The notes under the pieces are model-generated. The model ran no database searches, had not been told where the DNA came from, and was given only the letters and a program-made list of their open reading frames with translations. This document shows positions 55,533-64,000 of a DNA stretch of 64,000 nucleotides, in pieces; position 1 is the first letter of the stretch; the number at the start of each line of letters is the position of its first letter. Origin of the DNA: a virus. Both the position numbers and the translations under genes were made by a program. The DNA lies in the IMG/VR virus record IMGVR_UViG_3300029444_000365, positions 1-64,000 of that record. The stretch is one strand, 5' to 3'.

Positions 55533-56651
55533 ATGGAGAATAAAACTATAGGTACATCATACATGTACCTAAATGAAACCATCAATTTAAAACATATGTA
55601 TTTAAATCAACCAATAACAATCAAACAAAAGAAAGAAGGAATTATTATAATTGGGGTATATTCTATAACAAATTTGAAAACTAAAAAATTATATATTGGA
55701 GAAAGTCTTGATATTGATAAAAGATGGATTAACCATAAAAATGATCTTTTAAATAACCAACACGCTAATTATTATCTTCAACAAGATTTTAATAAGTTTG
55801 GGAAGGCATTTTTTAAATTTGAAGTTCTGCAAGAAGTTGAAAGAGATAGTATCACTATTACTCAATCCAAATTATTGATGTTAGAAAATGCTTATATAGA
55901 AAAATATAAAAATGAAGATTATGAATTATATAACATAGAAAATACACTAGAAGATGTTCTTTCAAATAAAAGGAAATTATTGGTTTGCGAAGAAATTGCA
56001 AATTATGTTGTAGTGTCTCAATTTTTAAGAAATAAATATGTATATGATTATACAAATAAAAGATTTAATTATTGTCAAAGAGATACAATTGAAAATTTAA
56101 TATTATCTAATTCTTCCATCAAAGGGAAAGAAAAAGCAAAGCAAGTTGCAAACATAATATTAAAAGAGTTAATTGATCAGAATTTATATGAAAACTTTAT
56201 AATAGAAAACACTTACTCTATTTATCTATATCATAAAATTCAAGAACGTAAAATTATAGAAATTAATTCTAAAGGTCGAGAATATATATTAAATCATTAT
56301 GACTTTAATTCGTTTTTATTGAGAAAAAGAACTTCTGAAACCAAATTTTATATACAACAATATCCCTCTGAAAAGAAAATTAAACCAGAAGATCAAAATA
56401 GAATACAAGATGTTTGGCATAAACTTAAAGATAAATGCATTTTACCACCAGAAAATAAATACAATGATTTTCGAGATATGCTTATAAAATTAAATTTAAT
56501 TATTATTGATAATAATAAGAGAACACGAGCAACTGAATTTGCAATGAAAAATAAATATTTTTTAGTTGTTAAATATAATAAAGCTAAAGATATTTATCAA
56601 TATGTTATATCTCAAGATGGTTTAAGGTATATTTTAGCAAATATAAAATAA
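55533..56651 (+). CDS. GIY-YIG homing-endonuclease-like protein (372 aa)
   Basis: GVYSITNLKTKKLYIGESLDIDKRWINHKN = GIY...YIG..R..H/N motif; long DNA-binding-type tail. Confidence 0.7.
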   Translation: MENKTIGTSYMYLNETINLKHMYLNQPITIKQKKEGIIIIGVYSITNLKTKKLYIGESLDIDKRWINHKNDLLNNQHANYYLQQDFNKFGKAFFKFEVLQEVERDSITITQSKLLMLENAYIEKYKNEDYELYNIENTLEDVLSNKRKLLVCEEIANYVVVSQFLRNKYVYDYTNKRFNYCQRDTIENLILSNSSIKGKEKAKQVANIILKELIDQNLYENFIIENTYSIYLYHKIQERKIIEINSKGREYILNHYDFNSFLLRKRTSETKFYIQQYPSEKKIKPEDQNRIQDVWHKLKDKCILPPENKYNDFRDMLIKLNLIIIDNNKRTRATEFAMKNKYFLVVKYNKAKDIYQYVISQDGLRYILANIK

Positions 56652-56747
56652 AATTTTTTAATTTACAGAGTAATTTGTGAAACAAATTGCGCTGTAAATA
56701 GTCTGTCTTATTAAATAAGTTATATATCTTCTTTCAGTTCAGTTGAC

Positions 56748-56807
56748 CTACACAAAAGTGTAGTCAAAATTCTCATATTTTAAAATTGGACATACACAAA
56801 AGTGTAG
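56748..56807. promoter_or_regulatory. two copies of 16-bp palindromic operator (C/A)TACACAAAAGTGTAG, centres ~45 bp apart
   Basis: seen directly, upstream of 56890 gene and of an AGAGAATA motif. Confidence 0.55.
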
Positions 56808-56846
56808 TTTGCTGAACGCTCGTAAAGGCGTTTCTCTTTAAATAGA

Positions 56847-56866
56847 AACAGAGAATAAATAAATAT
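56847..56866 (+). promoter_or_regulatory. AACAGAGAATAAATAAATAT promoter-like motif
   Basis: 24 nt upstream of 56890 TTG start. Confidence 0.4.
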
Positions 56867-56889
56867 CACATACAAAGGAGTATTTTTAA

Positions 56890-57696
56890 TTGCAACAAAA
56901 AATAGAATATTTTACACGTTTCCCAAATGGCTATATCCAAGGGAATATCAAAACAAAATATGGAGTTAGTAGGAAATTTTATATCACATACATACTTATA
57001 GATAAATACAGATCATATGAAGACTATAGTTGGATTACTATTCGTAAAGTAATGGAATTCTATGGCTATAAAACAACCAAACATAAACCAAAAGCATTTC
57101 ACGAAATTCTCGATGTATTAGAATATATGGTTAATAATAAAATGATTGAAGTAAAACAAGACCTTGATTCTATAGGATATGATACTGGAATTGAGATTAA
57201 GATAATTCCTGAAAATTTTGATCCGTGTAAAGATTTTTCAAAACTCACATCATCTCAATATGATTTTATAATGATGAATGAATCTTCTATAAATAGAGAG
57301 AATATATTAGTAGCCTTTCTATATATTAATTCTTATATTTATCTACGACAAAGAGATAAAAATGGCAATGAGCTATTATCAAAACCACAAGACAAGCCAG
57401 AAGCCTTTTGGCGAAGTATAGATTCTATGTCGAAAGAACTTTCTATGTCAAAAGACACAATTAATCAATGTATTCAATATCTCACATCTTCTATTGGCGA
57501 CAAAGAACCACTTCTAATCAAAAAAGAAGTCGGTAGTGTTCAGCCTGATCCCAAAAAACCACCACAAAATGTACCAAATATATATGTACTTAATAAAGAA
57601 GGATATGAGCAAGAAATTGAATGGGCTATTGCTAAGATGTTAGAAATCTATAATGTAGACTCATTTGGAGAAATCAAAAACGGCAATAAGTCGTAA
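56890..57696 (+). CDS. hypothetical protein (268 aa), TTG start
   Basis: AAAGGAG RBS; operator pair upstream suggests a regulated (early/regulatory) gene. Confidence 0.55.
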   Translation: MQQKIEYFTRFPNGYIQGNIKTKYGVSRKFYITYILIDKYRSYEDYSWITIRKVMEFYGYKTTKHKPKAFHEILDVLEYMVNNKMIEVKQDLDSIGYDTGIEIKIIPENFDPCKDFSKLTSSQYDFIMMNESSINRENILVAFLYINSYIYLRQRDKNGNELLSKPQDKPEAFWRSIDSMSKELSMSKDTINQCIQYLTSSIGDKEPLLIKKEVGSVQPDPKKPPQNVPNIYVLNKEGYEQEIEWAIAKMLEIYNVDSFGEIKNGNKS

Positions 57697-57700
57697 CTAA

Positions 57701-57719
57701 AACAGAGAATAAACATATG
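57701..57719 (+). promoter_or_regulatory. AACAGAGAATAAACATATG promoter-like motif
   Basis: 77 nt upstream of 57796. Confidence 0.35.
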
Positions 57720-57795
57720 TAATAAATTAACGCAGCACTCAAAGGAGCTGATTACAATATGAATAATAATTTTAAAACAAAAGGAGAACTAATTA

Positions 57796-57996
57796 ATGAA
57801 CAAAACCGTAACAATTACATCAAAGAACCATAAATATGCAAATACATATGGGGGAAATATTTGTATATCAGATTTTTGCACTGATTATGAAGGCAGTCGA
57901 AATATTGCAGAACGTATTGAATCTGCATGGCGATTTGATAGGTCATGTGAAAGAAATAGAGTTGTATTAGATGATTATAAGGAGAGACAAAAATAA
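57796..57996 (+). CDS. hypothetical protein (66 aa)
   Basis: AAAGGAG RBS. Confidence 0.5.
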   Translation: MNKTVTITSKNHKYANTYGGNICISDFCTDYEGSRNIAERIESAWRFDRSCERNRVVLDDYKERQK

Positions 57997-58298
57997 TGGC
58001 AGATATAAATATGAGTGTATCAATTGAGGAGCAGGAAATTTGTATTAATGCAATGCGTGATGAAAAGTTTGCAACAATATATGCTTCCGATTCTACATAT
58101 ATTACGAAATTGGATAGATTGTATAAGGAAAGCCCTGATATGTACTCTCTTATTGAAGATACAAGTAGAGGCAAGAAATATTTATTAAAGGATAAAACTC
58201 TTATCAGTTTCAGAGCAAAGAAACGTGAACTTACAGATGAGCAAAAGAAACAAGCTGCTGAACGTATGAGAAAATATCAAGCCAATAAATCTAACTGA
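57996..58298 (+). CDS. hypothetical protein (100 aa)
   Basis: ATGA-type overlap with upstream gene. Confidence 0.5.
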   Translation: MADINMSVSIEEQEICINAMRDEKFATIYASDSTYITKLDRLYKESPDMYSLIEDTSRGKKYLLKDKTLISFRAKKRELTDEQKKQAAERMRKYQANKSN

Positions 58299-58436
58299 GA
58301 TACCCTTTCTAGCCAGAATTTCTAATGTAGACCATTGTACAGAAAATTCTAATCCCATTCGTGAAGAAATACTCGTCTAAGAATTACATTTTTCAAATTA
58401 CAATAAACAACAATAAATAGAAAGAAGGATTACATT

Positions 58437-58790
58437 ATGCTGAGAAATTATTATCAAGGAACAATGATAACTGTCGAGTTACCAAAGAATCAATATAAAG
58501 GTTATGTGGTTGATTGCATATACAGATATGTCAAGGATATGAACAAGTATGCACTGAGCATGTGGCTTCGTAATACTGGAGTTGACGACAGAATGCAGAT
58601 TTGCTCACAGGAAATTAATACTCAATACATTACAAGCACAAGAGAGAATATAAAGAAGGATGTGTGTGCAATTGTTGAGCAAGCTGCCAATAGTTCATAT
58701 TTTGACAAGTCGATTGAGACTTATGAGTATACACAGAAATGTTTTGAGCGTGGCAATGCTGAATTTGAGAATGAGGAGAACAGATCATGA
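58437..58790 (+). CDS. hypothetical protein (117 aa)
   Basis: AAGAAGGA RBS. Confidence 0.5.
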   Translation: MLRNYYQGTMITVELPKNQYKGYVVDCIYRYVKDMNKYALSMWLRNTGVDDRMQICSQEINTQYITSTRENIKKDVCAIVEQAANSSYFDKSIETYEYTQKCFERGNAEFENEENRS

Positions 58791-59017
58791 GCTGTCCATA
58801 TTGTAGAGGAATAGGTGAACATGATTACAGATGTCCTCTTTGGCAGCCAAGTAAAAAGGCAAGAGTTAAGTGTGGTTATTGTGATGAGTATATTCTTGAA
58901 GGTGACGATTACGTTGAGATTAATGGATGGGCTTATCACAAAGACTGCTTAACTGTTAATAGGTTACTTGATTTAATTGGAGTTATTACAAAGGAGATGT
59001 CGTATGAATTGGATTAA
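58787..59017 (+). CDS. hypothetical zinc-ribbon protein (76 aa)
   Basis: CPYCRG...C..C..CGYCDE; ATGA overlap. Confidence 0.5.
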   Translation: MSCPYCRGIGEHDYRCPLWQPSKKARVKCGYCDEYILEGDDYVEINGWAYHKDCLTVNRLLDLIGVITKEMSYELD

Positions 59018-59132
59018 AAGAAAGATAAAATGGATTATTTATAAACTTAATGGACTTATACCTAAGATACATGACTTGCCTGACGTTGTGTATATTAAGT
59101 GGATGGGCGAGGAATTCATTATTAAGAAGTAA
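59004..59132 (+). CDS. hypothetical protein (42 aa, MNWIKRKIKWIIYKLNGLIPKIHDLPD...)
   Basis: AAGGAG RBS 8 nt upstream; overlaps upstream gene end. Confidence 0.45.
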   Translation: MNWIKRKIKWIIYKLNGLIPKIHDLPDVVYIKWMGEEFIIKK

Positions 59133-59145
59133 ATAGAAATTTTAT

Positions 59146-59161
59146 TTGGAGAATATATAAG
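59146..59161 (+). promoter_or_regulatory. TTGGAGAATATATAAG promoter-like motif
   Basis: 24 nt upstream of 59185. Confidence 0.35.
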
Positions 59162-59184
59162 TGGAGAAAAAAGGAGGATTCAAA

Positions 59185-59505
59185 GTGTATTGTTTTCAAA
59201 AGAAGGATGGAACAGTAAAGAAATATTACAAAGAAGCCATCGACTACATTCTGACTGCAACAGTTCAAAAACATGAAATAATGGTTGGAAGATCTGATGA
59301 AGTTGGAAAAATATATGAATGCTATACAACTAAAAGGAAAAGATTTTTAGAACCCAAACGAAACACAATTCAATCTAAAATCATTGACATATGTGCTGAA
59401 TTTGGTTGTTATACAAATCCGTGGTATAGCGGTTATCAAGAAATTTCAATTGAATTGCATGGAGATAATGTGGAATTTATGCTAAATGAACTTAGAAAAT
59501 ATTAA
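59185..59505 (+). CDS. hypothetical protein (106 aa; GTG start with AAGGAGGA RBS)
   Basis: track ORF 59161 start moved to in-frame GTG with proper RBS spacing. Confidence 0.45.
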   Translation: MYCFQKKDGTVKKYYKEAIDYILTATVQKHEIMVGRSDEVGKIYECYTTKRKRFLEPKRNTIQSKIIDICAEFGCYTNPWYSGYQEISIELHGDNVEFMLNELRKY

Positions 59506-59526
59506 TAATAAACAAAAGGAGGATTT

Positions 59527-59991
59527 ATGGCTGGTATAGTTGAAAAAGAAACCAATTTTTATCTATATAAGATTATAGATAAAGACGAATTAGTGTATAT
59601 TGGGAAATCAACTAATATTGATAATAGAATTGAAGTTCATAGCGTTATAAATAATCATTTTGATAAAAACACGTATTTTATATGTAGAGGAGAAAGTATA
59701 TCAAATTTGGTTATTTATATTGCAAATGTTCCTGACGAGTATCTTTTGTCAATATATGAAATAACATTAATTTCAAAATATAAACCACTATATAATAACA
59801 GCGACAAGTATGATACAAAACATCTATTAAAGTTACCAAAAATAAATTGGTTTCCATATGTATCAAAAGAAAATTGTGAAGCAATTTATAACATGAAAAC
59901 AGGCAAGATTATTGATACTTGTTTAATAGATACACCACTAAAAAGATGGAATATTTTAAAAGATTTACATATGGAGGAAATTAAATGTTAG
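59527..59991 (+). CDS. small GIY-YIG-like endonuclease (154 aa)
   Basis: NFYLYKIIDKDELVYIGKSTNIDNRIEVH; AAGGAGGA RBS. Confidence 0.55.
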   Translation: MAGIVEKETNFYLYKIIDKDELVYIGKSTNIDNRIEVHSVINNHFDKNTYFICRGESISNLVIYIANVPDEYLLSIYEITLISKYKPLYNNSDKYDTKHLLKLPKINWFPYVSKENCEAIYNMKTGKIIDTCLIDTPLKRWNILKDLHMEEIKC

Positions 59992-62753
59992 ATACACAGA
60001 TTAATATGTATTCTGTTGATACAGGTCATTTTTATAGCAATCATGAAAAATACTTACATGAAATGAACTGTAAATACAGACGTGAAAGAAATTATGTAAA
60101 TAATATGCTTCCAAAATTAGAAGAAGAACTCGTAACGCAAGGTTATAACAAAGATGATTTTTCTGATTGGAAACGTTGTACCGTTGAAGACTACTATGAA
60201 CAAGAAAATGATTCTGTAAAAGAATATATGAAGTGGTGTTTGATTATAAAACACAAAAGAGAGAAAGCAAATTTATCAAAAGAAAAACTTTTGAATCTAT
60301 TATCAAATAAGACAATTCAAAAAGAGAATCTATCGAATAAAATCGAGTATTGCAAATCGCATAATATTCCATATAATAAAAAAATCGAATTAAGAGAGTT
60401 AAGAAAAGACGAACTAAATGATAATAATATCATTTCAGTATTTGAATCTTCCCTTACCCGTATTATCGGCATTAAAAAAGACGAACTAACAGACGCTCTT
60501 ATTGTAGTTCAAGTTTATTATTTTGATGTATTTAAAGATTTATCTTTTTATGGATTTATGTATAATGGCGAAAAATACAGATACTTTACATCTTCTGCTG
60601 GTCAAATTCGTAAGAAAAAAGCTGTTTTTATTAAAGAATCAGTATGGAATGAAGTTGAAAAGACAGTCATGTGTGGTCTTACTATTGATAAAATAAACTC
60701 AAAGGGTGGAAACAATGTAAATAAACATCTTGCATATATGGCATTGGCGAATTCAGCTACTGACCAGTGGAATGATTTTAATATAGACAGATGTATTGTT
60801 GTAGATGATTTTGAAACGAATGTTCCAGGAGAATTTGATTTTATTGATGAGACTGATTATTCGATTGAGAGAAAAACTGGTACTGTTCCGATTACTCATA
60901 CTGATGGAGCTGGCATGATGTTGCCAAGCGTAATGATGAAAAATACAATGTTTCGTGCGCCTTGGGTAAAAGGTTTATTGGGGGTATTTGATTTTAAAAA
61001 GTTTATTGAAGTGAACAACTGCTCTCCTATTATCACAGATATTTATGGACAAGACCATGATGTAATTGCTGAAGATATTAGAATAATTTTCACAAAAAGT
61101 CAATTTAAGATGTATAAGTTTTACGATTCATGGGATGAGTATAAGACATATTTTAAGCAATATCATTGTCAAGCTGGTAGATGCAACACTGAGGAAGATA
61201 GAATTAAAAATGCAAAAATCAATTATCAGATGTTACAAACTCTCACAAATGTAACAGACGAAGAGATTGATTTACTTACAAAGAAGTCTGTAGAACGAAT
61301 TACAAATATTTGTAACTCTGTTGATACCATGAAAGATATTCTTGGAATTACACCTTATAATACAAATATGACAGCTTTTCAAAAAGCAGTAAATATTTAT
61401 CCTGCTCTACTCAACGATACATATGCAAAAGACGTGATCCGTGAAGTAAAGAATAGCCTTTTAAAAAAATATAGAAGTGGAAAACTTGAAGTAAATGGAA
61501 AATATACTTTCTTACTTCCAGATTATTATGCAGCTTGTGAGTATTGGTTTGGGCACATTGATACACCTAAAGGATTGTTGGCAGACAAAGAGGTGTTTTG
61601 TTGGTTATTTAAACAATATGATAAACTTGACTGTCTAAGAAGTCCTCACCTCTACAAAGAACATGCTATTCGTTTTAATGTGGCGAATAAAGTATATGAG
61701 GAACGAGTTGATAAAATCAGAGAATGGTTTATAACAAATGCGGTATATACAAGTACATATGACTTGATTAGTAAAATTCTTCAGTTTGATGTTGATGGAG
61801 ATAAATCATTGGTGGTTGCTGATCCTGATTTTGTAAGAATCGCAGAACGTAATATGAATGGTGTTGTACCACTCTATTATAATATGCGTAAAGCTGAACC
61901 AAGAATTTTGAATAATCAGAGTATTTATGAAGGATTAAATGCGGCATTTACAGGTGGAAATATCGGTATTTATAGCAACAATATTTCAAAAATCTGGAAT
62001 AATGACGTATTTATCAATGGAACAGATGAGGAAAAAGAACATGCAACTAATTGTGTCAAGCGTTTATGCTGTCAAAATAATTTTGTTATTGATTACGCTA
62101 AGACATTATACAAACCTGAGTTTCCAGAAACAATTGGTGAAGAAATTAAAGAGTTTACCAATCAGAAACTTCCTGCATTCTTTGAATACGCCAAAGACAA
62201 GGAAAAATCACAAGTTGATGATAGAAATGATAGTTTTGTAAATAAACTCTACTCTCGTATTCCTAATAAATCAATTAATACAAGAGGTATGAAACTTGGA
62301 GAATTAAAATATAAGGATATGATGAAAAACCCTGATATTGTATGCTCTAAAGAAGTTTCTGATTTGTATGATGAGTTAAACAAGAAGTATCGTTATATGA
62401 TTAATATGAAGGATGAATATATTGATAATCTTCATTATGTAGCTTGTTCTATTAGAAACCAGTTTGCGGAGCTTGGATATTCGGAAGAAATGATTGCTGA
62501 TATGCTTGTGCAGTATTTGTATGAAGGGGAAAAACGTGGAAAACAATTATTTTGGTTTTGTTATGGTCAGTATGTAGTTGTCAATTTAGAGAAAAATCCA
62601 AATATTAAAAAGAAAAAGACTAAAATGATTCAGTGTATTGATTGTGGTGAATGGATTGAAGTTGATTTTATGTCCAAGTCATGTAGATGTGAACTTTGTC
62701 AGCATGAATATCGAAAACAGCTTGATCGAGAAAGAAAAAGAAAAAACAAGTAA
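59985..62753 (+). CDS. YonO-like single-subunit two-barrel (DPBB) DNA-dependent RNA polymerase, 922 aa
   Basis: LRSPHLYKEHA (beta-prime RxPxLH DPBB1 motif) ~50 aa upstream of QFDVDGDKSLVV (beta-prime NADFDGDQMAVH catalytic motif); size and phage context as SPbeta YonO. Confidence 0.6.
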   Translation: MLDTQINMYSVDTGHFYSNHEKYLHEMNCKYRRERNYVNNMLPKLEEELVTQGYNKDDFSDWKRCTVEDYYEQENDSVKEYMKWCLIIKHKREKANLSKEKLLNLLSNKTIQKENLSNKIEYCKSHNIPYNKKIELRELRKDELNDNNIISVFESSLTRIIGIKKDELTDALIVVQVYYFDVFKDLSFYGFMYNGEKYRYFTSSAGQIRKKKAVFIKESVWNEVEKTVMCGLTIDKINSKGGNNVNKHLAYMALANSATDQWNDFNIDRCIVVDDFETNVPGEFDFIDETDYSIERKTGTVPITHTDGAGMMLPSVMMKNTMFRAPWVKGLLGVFDFKKFIEVNNCSPIITDIYGQDHDVIAEDIRIIFTKSQFKMYKFYDSWDEYKTYFKQYHCQAGRCNTEEDRIKNAKINYQMLQTLTNVTDEEIDLLTKKSVERITNICNSVDTMKDILGITPYNTNMTAFQKAVNIYPALLNDTYAKDVIREVKNSLLKKYRSGKLEVNGKYTFLLPDYYAACEYWFGHIDTPKGLLADKEVFCWLFKQYDKLDCLRSPHLYKEHAIRFNVANKVYEERVDKIREWFITNAVYTSTYDLISKILQFDVDGDKSLVVADPDFVRIAERNMNGVVPLYYNMRKAEPRILNNQSIYEGLNAAFTGGNIGIYSNNISKIWNNDVFINGTDEEKEHATNCVKRLCCQNNFVIDYAKTLYKPEFPETIGEEIKEFTNQKLPAFFEYAKDKEKSQVDDRNDSFVNKLYSRIPNKSINTRGMKLGELKYKDMMKNPDIVCSKEVSDLYDELNKKYRYMINMKDEYIDNLHYVACSIRNQFAELGYSEEMIADMLVQYLYEGEKRGKQLFWFCYGQYVVVNLEKNPNIKKKKTKMIQCIDCGEWIEVDFMSKSCRCELCQHEYRKQLDRERKRKNK

Positions 62754-62792
62754 AATTCCGCATATCTTTAATGATATTTTGCACCCATTAGT

Positions 62793-62832
62793 AATGGACT
62801 ATTTTTAAATGCTATTTTTTAAATAGTCCATT
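62793..62832 (+). other. 12-bp perfect inverted repeat AATGGACTATTT...AAATAGTCCATT (16-nt loop) after RNAP gene
   Basis: seen directly; no U-run, so a hairpin or protein site rather than a classic terminator. Confidence 0.4.
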
Positions 62833-62953
62833 CAATATGGACTTTCATTTGTGTCTATATGGAGAACAACATATCATATAGGCATAAGCCTAATTTACAA
62901 ATCAAGATATGTTTCTATAAACGAATTCGTGCAGTTGGGAGGAATGATTATTT

Positions 62954-63247
62954 TTGACAATTACACAGGAAAAGATTATTAAAGAAATCGCAGAGAAAGA
63001 AGATATAAATGTAGCGACAGTCCGTAAGGTATTCAAAAGGGCAGAGAAATGTATATTCGCCTACCTATCTTCTACTACTCCCACTGATAATACAGTGGTA
63101 AAAATTTTAGATGGATTAAGTTTGGAATGTAAATATATTCCAGAAAAAGAAATTCATACATATGATAATATCCGATGTGAGGCAAAAATTTGGACGAAAC
63201 CAAAAATAACTCGTTATTACAATAGAAAGTTAAATGGATATTTTTGA
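62954..63247 (+). CDS. HU/IHF-like DNA-binding protein (97 aa), TTG start
   Basis: ITQEKIIKEIAEKEDINVATVRKVF...VKILDGLSLECKYIPEKE resembles HU family (as SPO1 TF1); GGGAGG RBS. Confidence 0.4.
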   Translation: MTITQEKIIKEIAEKEDINVATVRKVFKRAEKCIFAYLSSTTPTDNTVVKILDGLSLECKYIPEKEIHTYDNIRCEAKIWTKPKITRYYNRKLNGYF

Positions 63248-63281
63248 TTAAACAATGAAATCAGCTTTTCTTGGCTGATAA

Positions 63282-63300
63282 AACAGAGAATATATAATTG
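63282..63300 (+). promoter_or_regulatory. AACAGAGAATATATAATTG promoter-like motif (contains TATAAT)
   Basis: follows hairpin ATCAGC-ttttcttg-GCTGAT. Confidence 0.35.
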
Positions 63301-63615
63301 TCGAGAGACATTATAATATTTCGCCTAACACATGGATATATTTTAGTTGCTGTGAAGCCATGTGAAAAACTTGTGTATGAGTGTGAGAAATCAAGTGAGT
63401 TCAGCAAGCAAAAACTTGTACCATACATTTCTGTGGAAGCTATTTGAAGGCTATTGTCATTATGACACATGAGCCAAAGGCGTTTTCAAGCAGAACAATT
63501 CTAAAAATTATTTCTAAGATTGGTATATATTCATATTGTACTACCTCTTCTTATATGTGTTGGTGGCTGTACTACAGTTCTTGTAGTATGGTCACTGATA
63601 ATTCTTAAATATTAT

Positions 63616-63689
63616 CGCGGAATGACGAGCAATGGAAGCTCACTTGGCTCATAACCAAGAGTATGCAGGTTCGAGTCCTGTTTCCGCAA
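63616..63689 (+). tRNA. tRNA-Met/initiator-like (anticodon CAU), no encoded CCA
   Basis: anticodon stem CUUGG/CCAAG with loop CUCAUAA, T-arm GCAGG-UUCGAGU-CCUGU, acceptor CGCGGAA/UUCCGCA with C1:A72 mismatch (initiator-like), D-arm GAGC/GCUC; D-region offset unresolved by hand. Confidence 0.5.
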
Positions 63690-64000
63690 CTCTCCTACTT
63701 TTTGTAGGACGGTCGGTTTCGGATCGTGAGTTGTTGAAACTCAAAATAAACTTAGTAATAAGGATAAAGCAGGAATGTCTTTAGTTCGCATAAGACACTG
63801 CGACTGCGCATAGTAGTTTGACGGAAAACACAGATAATCTATACCAAACCTAAAACCAGAGGGCTACTGCTAATGATATGGCTTGGTAGGGGCGATGAAA
63901 AACGCTCTGTATTAACATGGAAACATGGGTATGATTACTGTCTTATTGGTGCGATTTCCGCAAGAAAAAGTGCTGATATTGATTGTTGCAACGTTTCTTA

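Noticed and set aside
63261-63470. Minus-strand ORF 63261..63470
   Set aside because: Overlaps the AGAGAATA motif and hairpin, no SD; region is better explained as the promoter/leader preceding the tRNA-Met.
1-64000. CRISPR array / long tandem repeats
   Set aside because: No run of regularly spaced direct repeats seen anywhere; repeats found are short operator/terminator-type motifs only.

Overview
AT-rich, very gene-dense window. It looks like part of a large temperate phage or prophage (SPbeta-like in flavour) of a low-GC Firmicute. Supporting features: about 130 short ORFs almost all on the minus strand up to 52 kb, then a strand switch across a 1.6 kb non-coding hub at 52.0-53.6 kb, then plus-strand genes. 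Genes I can support by eye: (1) an NAD(+)-centred block at 0-9.6 kb with pncB (N-terminus only), a PncA-like nicotinamidase, a radical-SAM enzyme, a C5 DNA methyltransferase plus a degenerate TRD remnant, a macro domain protein, a SIR2 sirtuin, a CCA-adding enzyme and KptA/Tpt1; (2) an NitT/TauT-type ABC transporter operon with an SBP-OmpA fusion and a PspA-like protein at 12.5-16.9 kb; (3) two tRNA-Gln(UUG) genes lacking encoded CCA, a tRNA-Met(CAU)-like gene and two tRNA-like remnants; (4) a -1 frameshift-split SPFH/band-7 gene; (5) three ParB/Srx-fold proteins (ParB-like, DUF262-like DGxQR, DndB-like DGQHR); (6) a phage sigma factor; (7) a lysogeny-like island with a tyrosine integrase, two XRE regulators and a solitary MazF/EndoA toxin next to a predicted small RNA; (8) an array of more than 60 tiny translationally coupled ORFs at 27-51 kb; (9) plus-strand genes including two GIY-YIG endonucleases, a YonO-like single-subunit two-barrel RNA polymerase (922 aa) and an HU-like protein. 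Non-coding structure includes a DnaA-box array, a G-depleted tract, a duplicated operator palindrome, a recurrent AGAGAATA promoter-like motif and a recurrent 5'UTR motif. All calls rest on motif reading and ORF context; no database searches were possible.
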